Virus record (IMG/VR): IMGVR_UViG_3300042465_005116
Location: 128,001-192,000 of that record
Origin: a virus
Taxonomy: Duplodnaviria; Caudoviricetes
Length of the DNA: 64,000 nucleotides
Reading direction: 5' to 3' (one strand)
Position numbers and translations under genes: made by a program
Part shown: positions 44,896 to 54,213 of the stretch, piece after piece
Position numbering within the stretch: the stretch's first letter is position 1
Layout of the letters: the number at the start of each line of letters is the position of its first letter
Notes under the pieces: generated by a model
The model's input: the letters and a program-made list of their open reading frames with translations, nothing else
What the model was told of the DNA's origin: nothing
The model's database searches: none

Positions 44896-45601
44896 TTATT
44901 ATAAATTTTGCACATTCTAAATGTGCTTCTGCTGTTGGGTGATTACGTGGTAAGAATCCTTCACCCATAAATTTAATATAATCATACATAGTACCAAATG
45001 TAAATTCATCAGGTAACATATTCCACAATACTTTCAAATCTAATTGATTAGTACGTTTACCAAATTTATCTATTTTATCTTCAGGTTCTTCTGGTAATCT
45101 ATAATCGTAAAATGTATTAAAAAAATAGTATGGTATATTGTGTTTATCTAAAAAAGCAGATAAACTAATTATCTGATTAAATGTTCTGATATATGATGGA
45201 ATATCTTCTGTCTGATGTAATACGAATTGGTCTTCGGTTGTTCTATCTTTATCATTCTCACCCCATTTATCATATCCCACCCATAATCGTTCTTGTTGAT
45301 ATGAATCACCTGTCCACCATTCAAATCTTGTTGGGGATGTCCATCCAATTGATACAATAAGTTCATCCGAATATACCCAACCAGTTTCTTCACTCCATAT
45401 ATTTCTATCAAATATCCAACGAGATACATCTCTAATTGTTTGACGATATATATAATCATTTGAAACTCCGGCAGTTGCATTGTTGCAATCTATCCAATCA
45501 AAGTGTTTTGCTATGTGATGCGAAAACCTTTCGGTTTCTTTATTCTCTAACTCAGCACCCCATACTACGGAATCACCATGTGTGTATAGTATTTTACTCA
45601 T
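44882..45601 (-). CDS. SGNH-like protein
   Basis: HGDSVVWG, AGVSN, GWTSPTR, NHP; start MSKILY. Confidence 0.65.
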   Translation of the reverse strand: MSKILYTHGDSVVWGAELENKETERFSHHIAKHFDWIDCNNATAGVSNDYIYRQTIRDVSRWIFDRNIWSEETGWVYSDELIVSIGWTSPTRFEWWTGDSYQQERLWVGYDKWGENDKDRTTEDQFVLHQTEDIPSYIRTFNQIISLSAFLDKHNIPYYFFNTFYDYRLPEEPEDKIDKFGKRTNQLDLKVLWNMLPDEFTFGTMYDYIKFMGEGFLPRNHPTAEAHLECAKFIINELE

Positions 45602-46224
45602 TACTGATATATTTTTTGTGTACTCAAATCGTTGTACAACCAACTACCACCACAATGTGGATTATTTGAATGTATCTTTGATGAATGAAATATTTCTAAT
45701 CCTCTCTGTGCTTGTTCTGGTGACATATACATATGCCAACCTATACAATCAAACTCATCCTCTTTATATAATTTGTATTTATGCCGACCATCGTATATCA
45801 TCGGTCTTGCCCACTCATTGAATTTCTCATCATCGGTAAGTATCATACCACCTTGTCCAATGTTTAGGATTTTTTTAATATGAAACGATAATATCATATA
45901 ATTTTCACCATCATACATTCCTTGATGAAACGCAGTTGCTGCATCTACTATTGGGACACCATCAAATTTATATAACCCATCCCATTCGTAATCTTCGAAT
46001 ATAGGTTTGTTACCAGATAGGATAATTTGGTTTGGGACGGATACATACGTTCTTGCCGGTATTCCAATTTCTTGACCAACTATACCCAAATAGTGTAATA
46101 CCAAGCGAATTGCATTAGAATTTGAATCGCATGCAATTCCATATTTTGAACCACAGTAATCTGCTATTTCATTTTCAAAATGGGTAACCCAATCCCAACT
46201 ATCATTTATTGTATAATCTCGCAT
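45601..46224 (-). CDS. DegT/DnrJ/EryC1/StrS-family PLP aminotransferase (short form)
   Basis: FENEIADYCG, DAA, SFHIKK..GQGGMILTDD. Confidence 0.85.
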   Translation of the reverse strand: MRDYTINDSWDWVTHFENEIADYCGSKYGIACDSNSNAIRLVLHYLGIVGQEIGIPARTYVSVPNQIILSGNKPIFEDYEWDGLYKFDGVPIVDAATAFHQGMYDGENYMILSFHIKKILNIGQGGMILTDDEKFNEWARPMIYDGRHKYKLYKEDEFDCIGWHMYMSPEQAQRGLEIFHSSKIHSNNPHCGGSWLYNDLSTQKIYQ

Positions 46225-47017
46225 ATTCGTTTAATATGTAACTTGCCAATTCCTTTGATGCTAATTCATTTGGATGACCATTATTTCCATTAGTAAGAGT
46301 TTCATATTCATTCTTACCATTTTTCCATAACCATTCATTAATACTTAATCCATCAAATGATATAAAATTTTTATTGTAAATGTAATCAACTACCCCATCA
46401 TTCAGTATACTTGAAAAATCTCCAATATTTTCTACTGAATATTTTATATCATTTGGGTATTTTCTTATTTTAAACTGTCTTAATGAATTATCTATTAATA
46501 TTTTGGTTGGATTAATTGCATCAAAAAAAATATAAGGAATATTGTTTGCTTCCAAATAAGTTTTAAGCGTAATCATATTATAATATGTTTTAAATATACA
46601 ATAACGCAACGAAGAAAAAAATGGCCAGAGTGAATCTTTATTCTTTCTCACCCATCCATGTGGTGTAAGTATATCACCTTGCCAAATATCATTTTCTTTA
46701 TTCTCATCAATGAAATCTTCCGGTTGCATCGAATGAAAACAACCCAAACCTTCGTGTGGTTCAAAAAATACCATTTGTCTAGTTGGTTCGGACCAACCAA
46801 TCATTACTACTGAATCTTTTGCTATTTCTTGATTACTAATTAAAAATGATAATACTTTTTGGGTGATGAATTCATTCCCTACCCCACCTTTTGCTAAATT
46901 GTGAAGTGTTTGACCAGTTTGTTGGGATATCCAATATGCCCAACTTCCATTATTACCTAAATTATGTCCTTCGGAGAATGAACATCCACCTACTATCAGA
47001 TTTGTTTTATTCATCAA
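46202..47017 (-). CDS. SGNH-like protein
   Basis: GGCSFSEG, GGVGN, GWSEPTR, GHP. Confidence 0.65.
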   Translation of the reverse strand: MMNKTNLIVGGCSFSEGHNLGNNGSWAYWISQQTGQTLHNLAKGGVGNEFITQKVLSFLISNQEIAKDSVVMIGWSEPTRQMVFFEPHEGLGCFHSMQPEDFIDENKENDIWQGDILTPHGWVRKNKDSLWPFFSSLRYCIFKTYYNMITLKTYLEANNIPYIFFDAINPTKILIDNSLRQFKIRKYPNDIKYSVENIGDFSSILNDGVVDYIYNKNFISFDGLSINEWLWKNGKNEYETLTNGNNGHPNELASKELASYILNEYARLYNK

Positions 47018-47803
47018 TTATGTATTTTTAGGAGTATACCCATAATCTTCGCCTCCTTTACCAACAAAATGCCCACTCCATTCGGCATCTTCATGCAGTT
47101 TATGGTGTGAGTAATCATTTGTAGTATAGGTACTTCTATGTGGTGGATTTTCTTTATCTGGTTCGGATGTTGAAATGTAATAAAAGAAACGTATCGCACA
47201 TCTACCATATACATCATCAGGACAATCAACTTTACTTACTGAGTGAACTGGCCCTTTTGTTACATTTTCAGAAATAATAAAACGATTAAATAGTGGTGCA
47301 ATGGATTCAACTATTTTTGCATCTGGGTCTAATTCAGGGTTTGATGTCCACTCTACGTTGTGTCCACCCCATTCTGATTTCCAATTCGGTGTGATATATA
47401 ATATCCCTGTAAGTTTTCTATGTAATCGTAATCTATCATTCCAATTGAAATCAAAGTGTGGAGATAATATCGTTCCCTTTCTTAAAATAGAATATCCTGC
47501 ACCAACTAAATGTGGGTCAGGTAATAATCCTACAATTCCTGTCATATTTTCAAGTTGATATAAGAACTCGCCTGAATGCATTATATCGTATGTAACTCTA
47601 TGTGCGGTTGGTAGTGAAATTAGGTCATTGAACTCTTCCATACGAGAACCTGCTCTGGTAAATACTGTCCATCCACCTTTGGGAGCATTCACGCATTCCT
47701 CATAAAGTTTCATGCAGGTTTCCTGGTCTAAAAAGTTATCAATTGTAACTCGAGGAAATCCTTCCTCTTTATTTCTATCCCATTCTACTTTTTTGTTAAT
47801 CAT
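47018..47803 (-). CDS. 2OG-Fe(II) oxygenase
   Basis: PHLVGAG, HFDFNW, RKL, WGG, HSV...R. Confidence 0.8.
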   Translation of the reverse strand: MINKKVEWDRNKEEGFPRVTIDNFLDQETCMKLYEECVNAPKGGWTVFTRAGSRMEEFNDLISLPTAHRVTYDIMHSGEFLYQLENMTGIVGLLPDPHLVGAGYSILRKGTILSPHFDFNWNDRLRLHRKLTGILYITPNWKSEWGGHNVEWTSNPELDPDAKIVESIAPLFNRFIISENVTKGPVHSVSKVDCPDDVYGRCAIRFFYYISTSEPDKENPPHRSTYTTNDYSHHKLHEDAEWSGHFVGKGGEDYGYTPKNT

Positions 47804-47804
47804 A

Positions 47805-48623
47805 TTAAATACTATTAATTTCAGAAATAAATTTTGGGTATATTATATCGTTAAAAAAATTGGTATGTTGTGTTTCATCAGGATGATTTCCAGTTTGTTT
47901 AAAAGGTTCGCCTTTATTTATTAAATATTCAGTAAAGCCATCACCTATATTATCAATTTTAAAATCACTACTCCAAATAAATTTATCCCAATTTATTTTC
48001 TTTTTTATAATTTCCAATGAATCTGATTCTTCAGAATAATTCATCAATTTTTCAATTTCCAGTTTGTTTATTTTTTGTTTTTGTAAATCACCTTTAATAT
48101 CTCCAATACTTTTTATCATATCAAATGATGCTTCAGTTGTTAAAAAGTTTGCAATTGAAAACATTAAATAAGGTATTCCCAAATTCTCTAAAAATAATTG
48201 AGTATAATAGATATCATCTAATGTATTTAATAACTGACCATATTTAGAATATAAATTTTCATAAAATATTTTAGATTTACCTTCTAATGATGTACCATTT
48301 CTAGTATAACCAACTTTACCAACCCAATCATCATTATGTAAATTTAATTTAATTAGTGGGGCATCATCTTCAGACATAAATGAAATTGGATAATCCCATC
48401 TATCAATTGTAGACCATTGAATTATCACAAAATCATATTTTTTATTATTATTTATTCTACTTTTTCGAAATATTTCAGCTTGAATTTGTCTCCGTATATA
48501 GGTATTCCCTGCACCATGATGTGCTATATTTGATATATTAAATTTTGGGTCTTTTTTTGAGAAATTTGAAGACCATCCATTTTGAGGAGCAGTAAAACTA
48601 CATCCAGAAATTAATATATTCAT
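47805..48623 (-). CDS. SGNH-like protein
   Basis: SGCSFT, GAGN, QWS..DR, NHP. Confidence 0.65.
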   Translation of the reverse strand: MNILISGCSFTAPQNGWSSNFSKKDPKFNISNIAHHGAGNTYIRRQIQAEIFRKSRINNNKKYDFVIIQWSTIDRWDYPISFMSEDDAPLIKLNLHNDDWVGKVGYTRNGTSLEGKSKIFYENLYSKYGQLLNTLDDIYYTQLFLENLGIPYLMFSIANFLTTEASFDMIKSIGDIKGDLQKQKINKLEIEKLMNYSEESDSLEIIKKKINWDKFIWSSDFKIDNIGDGFTEYLINKGEPFKQTGNHPDETQHTNFFNDIIYPKFISEINSI

Positions 48624-48624
48624 A

Positions 48625-49029
48625 CTACCAACTAATTTCCCAGTCTTTAAAATCAGATGCCAAACAATCTATCTTATAATCCTTTCTACCACCTACCACT
48701 TCTTGTATCTTATTCTTTGCAGTGTTTCTGATACCATTCAATCCATGAGTTAGGGTCAACGCGTTTGCACCAGATACTCCATTTCTCACATTGGATTCGT
48801 TATGCCAAATATGTAAATTCATTTGTGCAAGAACTACAATTGCCCTCACTTGTTCACCTGTTAATCTACCATCAGTTTCGCTTAAAATTAATTCAATATC
48901 ATGAACAATTTCATCTATTTCTTTTGCATATTCCGATTTATGGTCTGCAATGAATACTTCTTTTAATTGTGAGATTGATAATCTATCTATCAATTCTGCT
49001 AGTGTAGGTAAATACTTTCGTTCTGTCAT
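48625..49029 (-). CDS. conserved helical protein (DUF4254-like)
   Basis: LAELIDRLSI..LK, NLHIWHNES, NGIRN. Confidence 0.55.
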   Translation of the reverse strand: MTERKYLPTLAELIDRLSISQLKEVFIADHKSEYAKEIDEIVHDIELILSETDGRLTGEQVRAIVVLAQMNLHIWHNESNVRNGVSGANALTLTHGLNGIRNTAKNKIQEVVGGRKDYKIDCLASDFKDWEISW

Positions 49030-49032
49030 TTT

Positions 49033-49773
49033 TTATATAGTTGATACGCCTCTCTTTTGTACTACAAGAGTTGCTTTTTGATTTGCAAATTCTATTGATT
49101 CAGATACATCCAATGTTTCTATATACCTAAAAACAAATGATGCCATCCAGGTATCACCTGCTCCACTTAAATCACGTACTTCAATTGAATTATCAACTGA
49201 GTATCTCTTTCGTTGATACATACATCCTCTTTCAGACATGGTAACTATTAATTTACTTTCCCACTCATCATATACTGCACCATGTTTCAAGCAGTTTTCC
49301 CACTCCACTTCGTTCATTTTAACAAATGTGTAATTTTCAAAGTAATTATGTTCTATTACTTTTTTAGTATCAATGAATGATAACTTGGCTCTTTCTGAAA
49401 TATCTTGAATATCTTTTAGGGTTAGGAATCCCTTATCATAATCCGCAACTACTACTGCATCATATGAATCAAAATCTACTTTCTTTACATCAAAGGTGTT
49501 TCTAACTTTATCATTAGAATCCACTCTTAAAAGCATTTGATTTGATTTTTCCTCTACATATCGAGTCTTTGTAATTTGTTCGTGGTTAGATATTAATTCA
49601 ATTTTTTCCACTCCCAACTTGCGTAGATTTGCAACTACGTTTCCTGCCATTCCATCGTTGGTAATGGTCTTTGAGGGTTCAAAGACGGGTATTGGTGCTT
49701 CTGGACTTAATCGTTCGCAACGACCATAAATAAACACATCCGTGCAATTATCGCCTATAACTAAAATCTTCAT
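49033..49773 (-). CDS. PfkB-family sugar kinase, RfaE/HldE kinase-domain-like
   Basis: RLSPEAPIPV, GMAGNV, DYDKG, DLSGAGDT. Confidence 0.85.
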   Translation of the reverse strand: MKILVIGDNCTDVFIYGRCERLSPEAPIPVFEPSKTITNDGMAGNVVANLRKLGVEKIELISNHEQITKTRYVEEKSNQMLLRVDSNDKVRNTFDVKKVDFDSYDAVVVADYDKGFLTLKDIQDISERAKLSFIDTKKVIEHNYFENYTFVKMNEVEWENCLKHGAVYDEWESKLIVTMSERGCMYQRKRYSVDNSIEVRDLSGAGDTWMASFVFRYIETLDVSESIEFANQKATLVVQKRGVSTI

Positions 49774-49841
49774 AACAATATAAATTAAATGTATCTTATA
49801 TCTTTAAATATTAAAAATATATTTTTTGCTACATTATGAAT

Positions 49842-50174
49842 TTAAAATTCATTTATTTGTTTATTTGTATAATTTTTTAGTTCAGTAACTCTCTGACACA
49901 TTTCATATTCCTCATGTTCTAATGCCCAGTCCATTATTTTTTCTAACGTTTCATCATATCCATCCTTGTAAATTGAAAAATCATATGCCATATGTTTCCC
50001 TCTTACAAATGATTCAACTCTTAGACACTTAACTTCATTTAACTCATTATATAATAATTCTTCACAACCAACCAATAATTCGGACATCAATACTGATTTA
50101 CCTCTATCAGTTGCCCATTCAAAAATATCAGAATTACCTATGTAAATTGTTAATATCTCTCTTGGTTCGTCCAT
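49842..50174 (-). CDS. hypothetical protein with UVR-like C-terminal motif
   Basis: ALEHEEYEMCQRV. Confidence 0.55.
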   Translation of the reverse strand: MDEPREILTIYIGNSDIFEWATDRGKSVLMSELLVGCEELLYNELNEVKCLRVESFVRGKHMAYDFSIYKDGYDETLEKIMDWALEHEEYEMCQRVTELKNYTNKQINEF

Positions 50175-50394
50175 TAGACCTTAGTTCTTCAAATTTTTCT
50201 TTTTATTACGAAAATAATATTCTATTACATCCTTACGAGTTTCTCCAAATTGTTTATAATACAAATCTATATATTTTCTAGTTGCATCTATTTGCAATAT
50301 GTTAGACATTGAATTTATCACCTTTAGTAGTTTTTTCATATCAGTTTGATTATATCATATTCCTATAATATATATCCAACATTTAATTTTTACA

Positions 50395-50886
50395 CTAAAA
50401 TAGGTGTGATAATCCTCGTGTGTTAGCCCTTTTAAATTGGATATCTATTTCAGATTTAGTGGTTGCTTCTTTAACCTGTTTCTTATACCAATAGTATAAA
50501 TTTTCTAATGTACCCTTACCTCTCTGACGTTCTAATGATTTTTCCCAAAGGTCTTTACCAAACTCTTCTTTTAATTCTTTTCGTAATTTCCAAAGGATTC
50601 TATTTTCATCTGCAAAGGCTTCCAATTCTAATTTGATAGCCTTAATTCGCTTCATCCTTCCAGCCTCCAAAGAAGCCTCATTACGATTTTTGATATCCGT
50701 ACCCCCATAATTATTATAAGCATCCTCACTAGCTTTCTTGGCACTCTCTTTAACTTCCCTAGCTTCACTAAACATATAAGAATAATCAAAGTCACCATTT
50801 CGTATCTTTAATAAAAGTGGGGCATCTGAATGAAGTGGTTTATTTGGTCTTCCCTTCGTATACCATCTGAATTTATTGTAACTCAT
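50395..50886 (-). CDS. hypothetical protein
   Basis: 163-aa ORF. Confidence 0.6.
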   Translation of the reverse strand: MSYNKFRWYTKGRPNKPLHSDAPLLLKIRNGDFDYSYMFSEAREVKESAKKASEDAYNNYGGTDIKNRNEASLEAGRMKRIKAIKLELEAFADENRILWKLRKELKEEFGKDLWEKSLERQRGKGTLENLYYWYKKQVKEATTKSEIDIQFKRANTRGLSHLF

Positions 50887-51404
50887 CTATTTAATTTTTT
50901 AACACATTCATCAATCTTATCTCTCAATTTACCACCATTACCCCAATCACCACTAACTTGTACGTGATGAAATTGTGCGATACCTAATGATTTGTAACCA
51001 TAATTTAATTGCATATCATCAATAGAAATCCAATTAGTAGGTTTGAATGATTTAACCCATGTCTCAATCTCACACGCTCTATCCCATTCGCCTGATGAAC
51101 TCATTTTCTTTTTAGGATTAAAGTGGGTGGTGGTATCTAATAAATTCCATCTACCAATACCATAGTATTCGAATATCATAGCCAAATCAGCAAGAGTATA
51201 ATGCTTTCTCCAATCTGATGATACTACTAATCGTGCATCGGTTTGTTTTATAATTTCAGCGAGTGCATCACAATCTTCTTTAACCCACGGGTATGGTATT
51301 GTAAATTCATGCGAAGTTCCCTTCATTATTTTTACTTTACCTTCATCCCACGTCCCCCAAGCCAAAGGGCCATCAACATCTATAAAAATTACTTTGCCTG
51401 ACAT
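50883..51404 (-). CDS. HAD-superfamily phosphatase (Swiss-Army-knife RNA-repair-like)
   Basis: FIDVDGPL, VVSSDWR, WISIDD. Confidence 0.75.
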   Translation of the reverse strand: MSGKVIFIDVDGPLAWGTWDEGKVKIMKGTSHEFTIPYPWVKEDCDALAEIIKQTDARLVVSSDWRKHYTLADLAMIFEYYGIGRWNLLDTTTHFNPKKKMSSSGEWDRACEIETWVKSFKPTNWISIDDMQLNYGYKSLGIAQFHHVQVSGDWGNGGKLRDKIDECVKKLNR

Positions 51405-51407
51405 GGA

Positions 51408-51671
51408 TTATAATTTTTCAACGCGTTCCATTACATCGGTTACATCCTCTGGTCTTAGATAACCAATTACATCATCCGTAATTGGAGTATCATAACATAT
51501 CTCACCATCTTTGAAAATAGCCAATTCGTATAATCCCTTATCACCACCATATGAATGTGGGCTTTTTACTACGGATACTTCATACCCATTATCGAATTGA
51601 GTTCTGCTTACAATTCCAAAATCAGAACCCATTGGGTTTATTTTGAATTGGATATCTTTAAATGTTTTCAT
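51408..51671 (-). CDS. conserved phage hypothetical protein
   Basis: FDNGYEVSVV...YGG..GLYELA...TPITDDVIGYL. Confidence 0.65.
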   Translation of the reverse strand: MKTFKDIQFKINPMGSDFGIVSRTQFDNGYEVSVVKSPHSYGGDKGLYELAIFKDGEICYDTPITDDVIGYLRPEDVTDVMERVEKL

Positions 51672-51699
51672 AACTTTTTAGTATAAATTTTAAAAATTT

Positions 51700-51742
51700 G
51701 AGTGGAGTAGGGATTCGAACCCTACACTCCTAAAGCTCCACT
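51700..51742 (-). ncRNA. tRNA-like minihelix (acceptor stem plus T-arm) in a 3' UTR
   Basis: AGTGGAG-N11-TAGGG-TTCGAAT-CCCTA-CTCCACT-C. Confidence 0.55.
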
Positions 51743-51745
51743 TAA

Positions 51746-51916
51746 TTACTTCACTGCTGAAGTAGAATCAACTACTGGTGTAGAAGTAGAATCAGCTGCT
51801 ACTGCAGAAGAATCGGTTACTACGGTCGTTGAATCAGTTGTAGCTTCAGTCGAAGCGTTACCACCACATGCAGTTAAACCTGCTGCGATGAAAAGTGCAA
51901 ATAGTACTTTTTTCAT
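51746..51916 (-). CDS. 56-aa Ser/Thr-rich lipoprotein
   Basis: MKKVLFALFIAAGLTA-C lipobox; three DST motifs; read by hand. Confidence 0.75.
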   Translation of the reverse strand: MKKVLFALFIAAGLTACGGNASTEATTDSTTVVTDSSAVAADSTSTPVVDSTSAVK

Positions 51917-52011
51917 ATTGTTGTTTTTTTAGTCCCGTTGATTAACAATTATTCAAACTTAACTATGGTGGGACGTGAACCATAATCTCATTTGATGTTT
52001 TTATTTATATG

Positions 52012-52043
52012 TAAATATACGAATTTATTCTCAATCTACCAAA
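52012..52043 (-). promoter_or_regulatory. sigma-A-type promoter of the lipoprotein transcript
   Basis: TTTG-N20-TATATTTA. Confidence 0.6.
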
Positions 52044-52591
52044 TATTTATTCAATTCTTTTAGAAATAATTCAGCTCCTAAATGGTGATTCTCTTCCCAA
52101 TCATCTGGATTGCCATCATCTGATATGAATTTATAAGCCTTAAAATCATACCCATATATCTTACAAACCTTTGCCAAAGCATATGCTTCCATATCAAATA
52201 CCCCATTTTTAGGGTTTTGTTCAAAGTGGTCTTGTGTATGACAAAGATACCCTCCTGCCCCAAATATAATCGGTTCATCACCTATTTGTGGATACATTTC
52301 CTTATCAAAGGGAGTAGTTTTTAGGGGTGAAAATGGTCTACCATCCATATCCTCTTGAACAAATACCTTACACTCTACCAAAGAATGGGTTGGTGTGGAT
52401 TTTGAGCCGGCAGAACCATAGTTTAACACCATTGTATTAGTATTGTATACTTCATATGTAGGGGAGAGGACTTCGGTTGCTTTTATTGCAGCATTAACCT
52501 TACCCACTCCGGTATAAAATACCTCCACTCCTTCTGGTAGAAGTTCCTTTGGGAGTTCGGTTTCTAATGCAACGAATAACTTAATCTTCAT
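52031..52591 (-). CDS. MTA/SAH nucleosidase-like (PNP_UDP_1 fold)
   Basis: TGVGKVNAA, NYGSAGS, DMEAYALAKVC, KFISD. Confidence 0.85.
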   Translation of the reverse strand: MKIKLFVALETELPKELLPEGVEVFYTGVGKVNAAIKATEVLSPTYEVYNTNTMVLNYGSAGSKSTPTHSLVECKVFVQEDMDGRPFSPLKTTPFDKEMYPQIGDEPIIFGAGGYLCHTQDHFEQNPKNGVFDMEAYALAKVCKIYGYDFKAYKFISDDGNPDDWEENHHLGAELFLKELNKYLVD

Positions 52592-53078
52592 AGTATATTA
52601 AACTTTTAACATCTGGTCTATCTACAATACCAATATCCACCAAACATAATTTACCGATAACTTTCAACCCCTCTGCCTTACATAATAATTCGGCAGTATC
52701 AATTGTACCACCTGTTGCAAGGACATCATCTACTATAACTGCGGTTGAACCATCATTACCAAACTTAGACATTTCTAACATATCAGTGCCATATTCCAAA
52801 TTGTATGGTAATCCCCAATTATCTTTAGTTGGCAATTTCCCTTTCTTGCGTATCATTCGGATACCCCCACCAAACTTATAAGATAGTGCAGATGCAAAAA
52901 GAAATCCTCTTGCTTCTACTGCCACCCAATAATCAGGTATCTCTACCAACGTACCCATTCTTTTAATTGCCTCTTTAAATACATTTTGATTAGCAAGTAA
53001 TGGTTGGATATCTCTATACATAATTCCTTCCTTTGGAAAATCAGGAATTGTTTGTATGTAATCCTTAAAATTTATCAT
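52581..53078 (-). CDS. apt: adenine phosphoribosyltransferase
   Basis: IPDFPKEGIMYRDI, VEARGFLF, RKKGKLP, VIVDDVLATGGT. Confidence 0.95.
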   Translation of the reverse strand: MINFKDYIQTIPDFPKEGIMYRDIQPLLANQNVFKEAIKRMGTLVEIPDYWVAVEARGFLFASALSYKFGGGIRMIRKKGKLPTKDNWGLPYNLEYGTDMLEMSKFGNDGSTAVIVDDVLATGGTIDTAELLCKAEGLKVIGKLCLVDIGIVDRPDVKSLIYYED

Positions 53079-53373
53079 AACGAATTTTATTTAAATGTTC
53101 TTCTACTTTTTCAATAAATAGAATATCGTATACATCTTTACCAATATCAGTTGGTTCTACGTTAATTGCAGATTTAGCCCAATCTAATGCATTTTTTATA
53201 TCTTCAGTTGAAAACACTGGTTTACTTTCTGCTAATTGTTCGTTTACAAATTGGATATATTCATCTGAATTAATCCATTCTTGATATCGTTGTTCTTCAT
53301 CACTCATTTCTTGTAGTGTGTAGAAGTCATCTTCACTAAGATTGTTTACTAGGTTTTCCTTTATCTTTCCCAT
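53065..53373 (-). CDS. hypothetical protein
   Basis: 102-aa ORF. Confidence 0.55.
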   Translation of the reverse strand: MGKIKENLVNNLSEDDFYTLQEMSDEEQRYQEWINSDEYIQFVNEQLAESKPVFSTEDIKNALDWAKSAINVEPTDIGKDVYDILFIEKVEEHLNKIRYDKF

Positions 53374-53490
53374 TTTGGATAATTTTTATTTGTGATTCGG
53401 TTAGAATCTTGTTTGATTTAATTTCTTCTTGTTTTGGTACGTGGTAATTTTTTACCAACTTTTCTAGCCAGTTTTCGTTTATAGGTTTAC

Positions 53491-53709
53491 TCATTTATTA
53501 TATTGTTTTTGAATTTTTAAATCTTGCAGTTTCGATTTTGTTTTTAAAATTAGCATATTAAGGTTAGTAATTTTAAATTTTTTAAATAGTTTACCAAACC
53601 AATTAGTTGGATTAGTTGATTCTACTTCCTGTAATGCTAATTGTAAGTTCTTTAAATCTTTTTTAAGAGGCATTGTTAATGATATTTTGGGTTTGGGTGA
53701 TTGTTTCAT
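53491..53709 (-). CDS. hypothetical protein
   Basis: 72-aa ORF; frame choice versus an overlapping ORF is uncertain. Confidence 0.4.
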   Translation of the reverse strand: MKQSPKPKISLTMPLKKDLKNLQLALQEVESTNPTNWFGKLFKKFKITNLNMLILKTKSKLQDLKIQKQYNK

Positions 53710-53877
53710 CTGCAGTATTTACTTTTGCTCTATACATCATACGAATAATCGTACCCAATTCTTCATCAGTAGTATCGTCATCCATTATGATTTCTTTTCT
53801 AACTAATAAAGATTCTTTGCCTTCTCTTGCAAGTTTAATGATTTCTTTTAAATAATGGGTATTCATATAATTGTTTT

Positions 53878-54213
53878 TTAATAGCCAACCATATCCTCTG
53901 ATAGTTCTGGTACATATCCATCTCTTACTAAATCTGGATACTCTTGATTCAACCAATAGTTTTCAGAATTCTCAATTCCTAATATAGTTTCATCATATAT
54001 ATCATCAATCTCATATCCGCTACCATATCCATGTGCAACTACTGCCTTAGAAATTTCTCTTAATGATTTCTCATCATCTTCACTATATGCTTTTATCAAA
54101 GCCTTTTTAATATTGGTTTTCATTATCTCACCAATCTTTTCGTTATGAGTATACATATCCTGATTCCAGGGCTTTGTAATATTAATTCCGTATTTAGTTC
54201 CTAATGTTTTCAT
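53878..54213 (-). CDS. hypothetical protein
   Basis: 111-aa ORF. Confidence 0.6.
   Translation of the reverse strand: MKTLGTKYGINITKPWNQDMYTHNEKIGEIMKTNIKKALIKAYSEDDEKSLREISKAVVAHGYGSGYEIDDIYDETILGIENSENYWLNQEYPDLVRDGYVPELSEDMVGY

Noticed and set aside
52031-53078. NAD reconstitution (NARP) pathway
   Set aside because: The PRTase has APRT-specific motifs, and no PRPS-like or NAMPT-like gene is present in the window.
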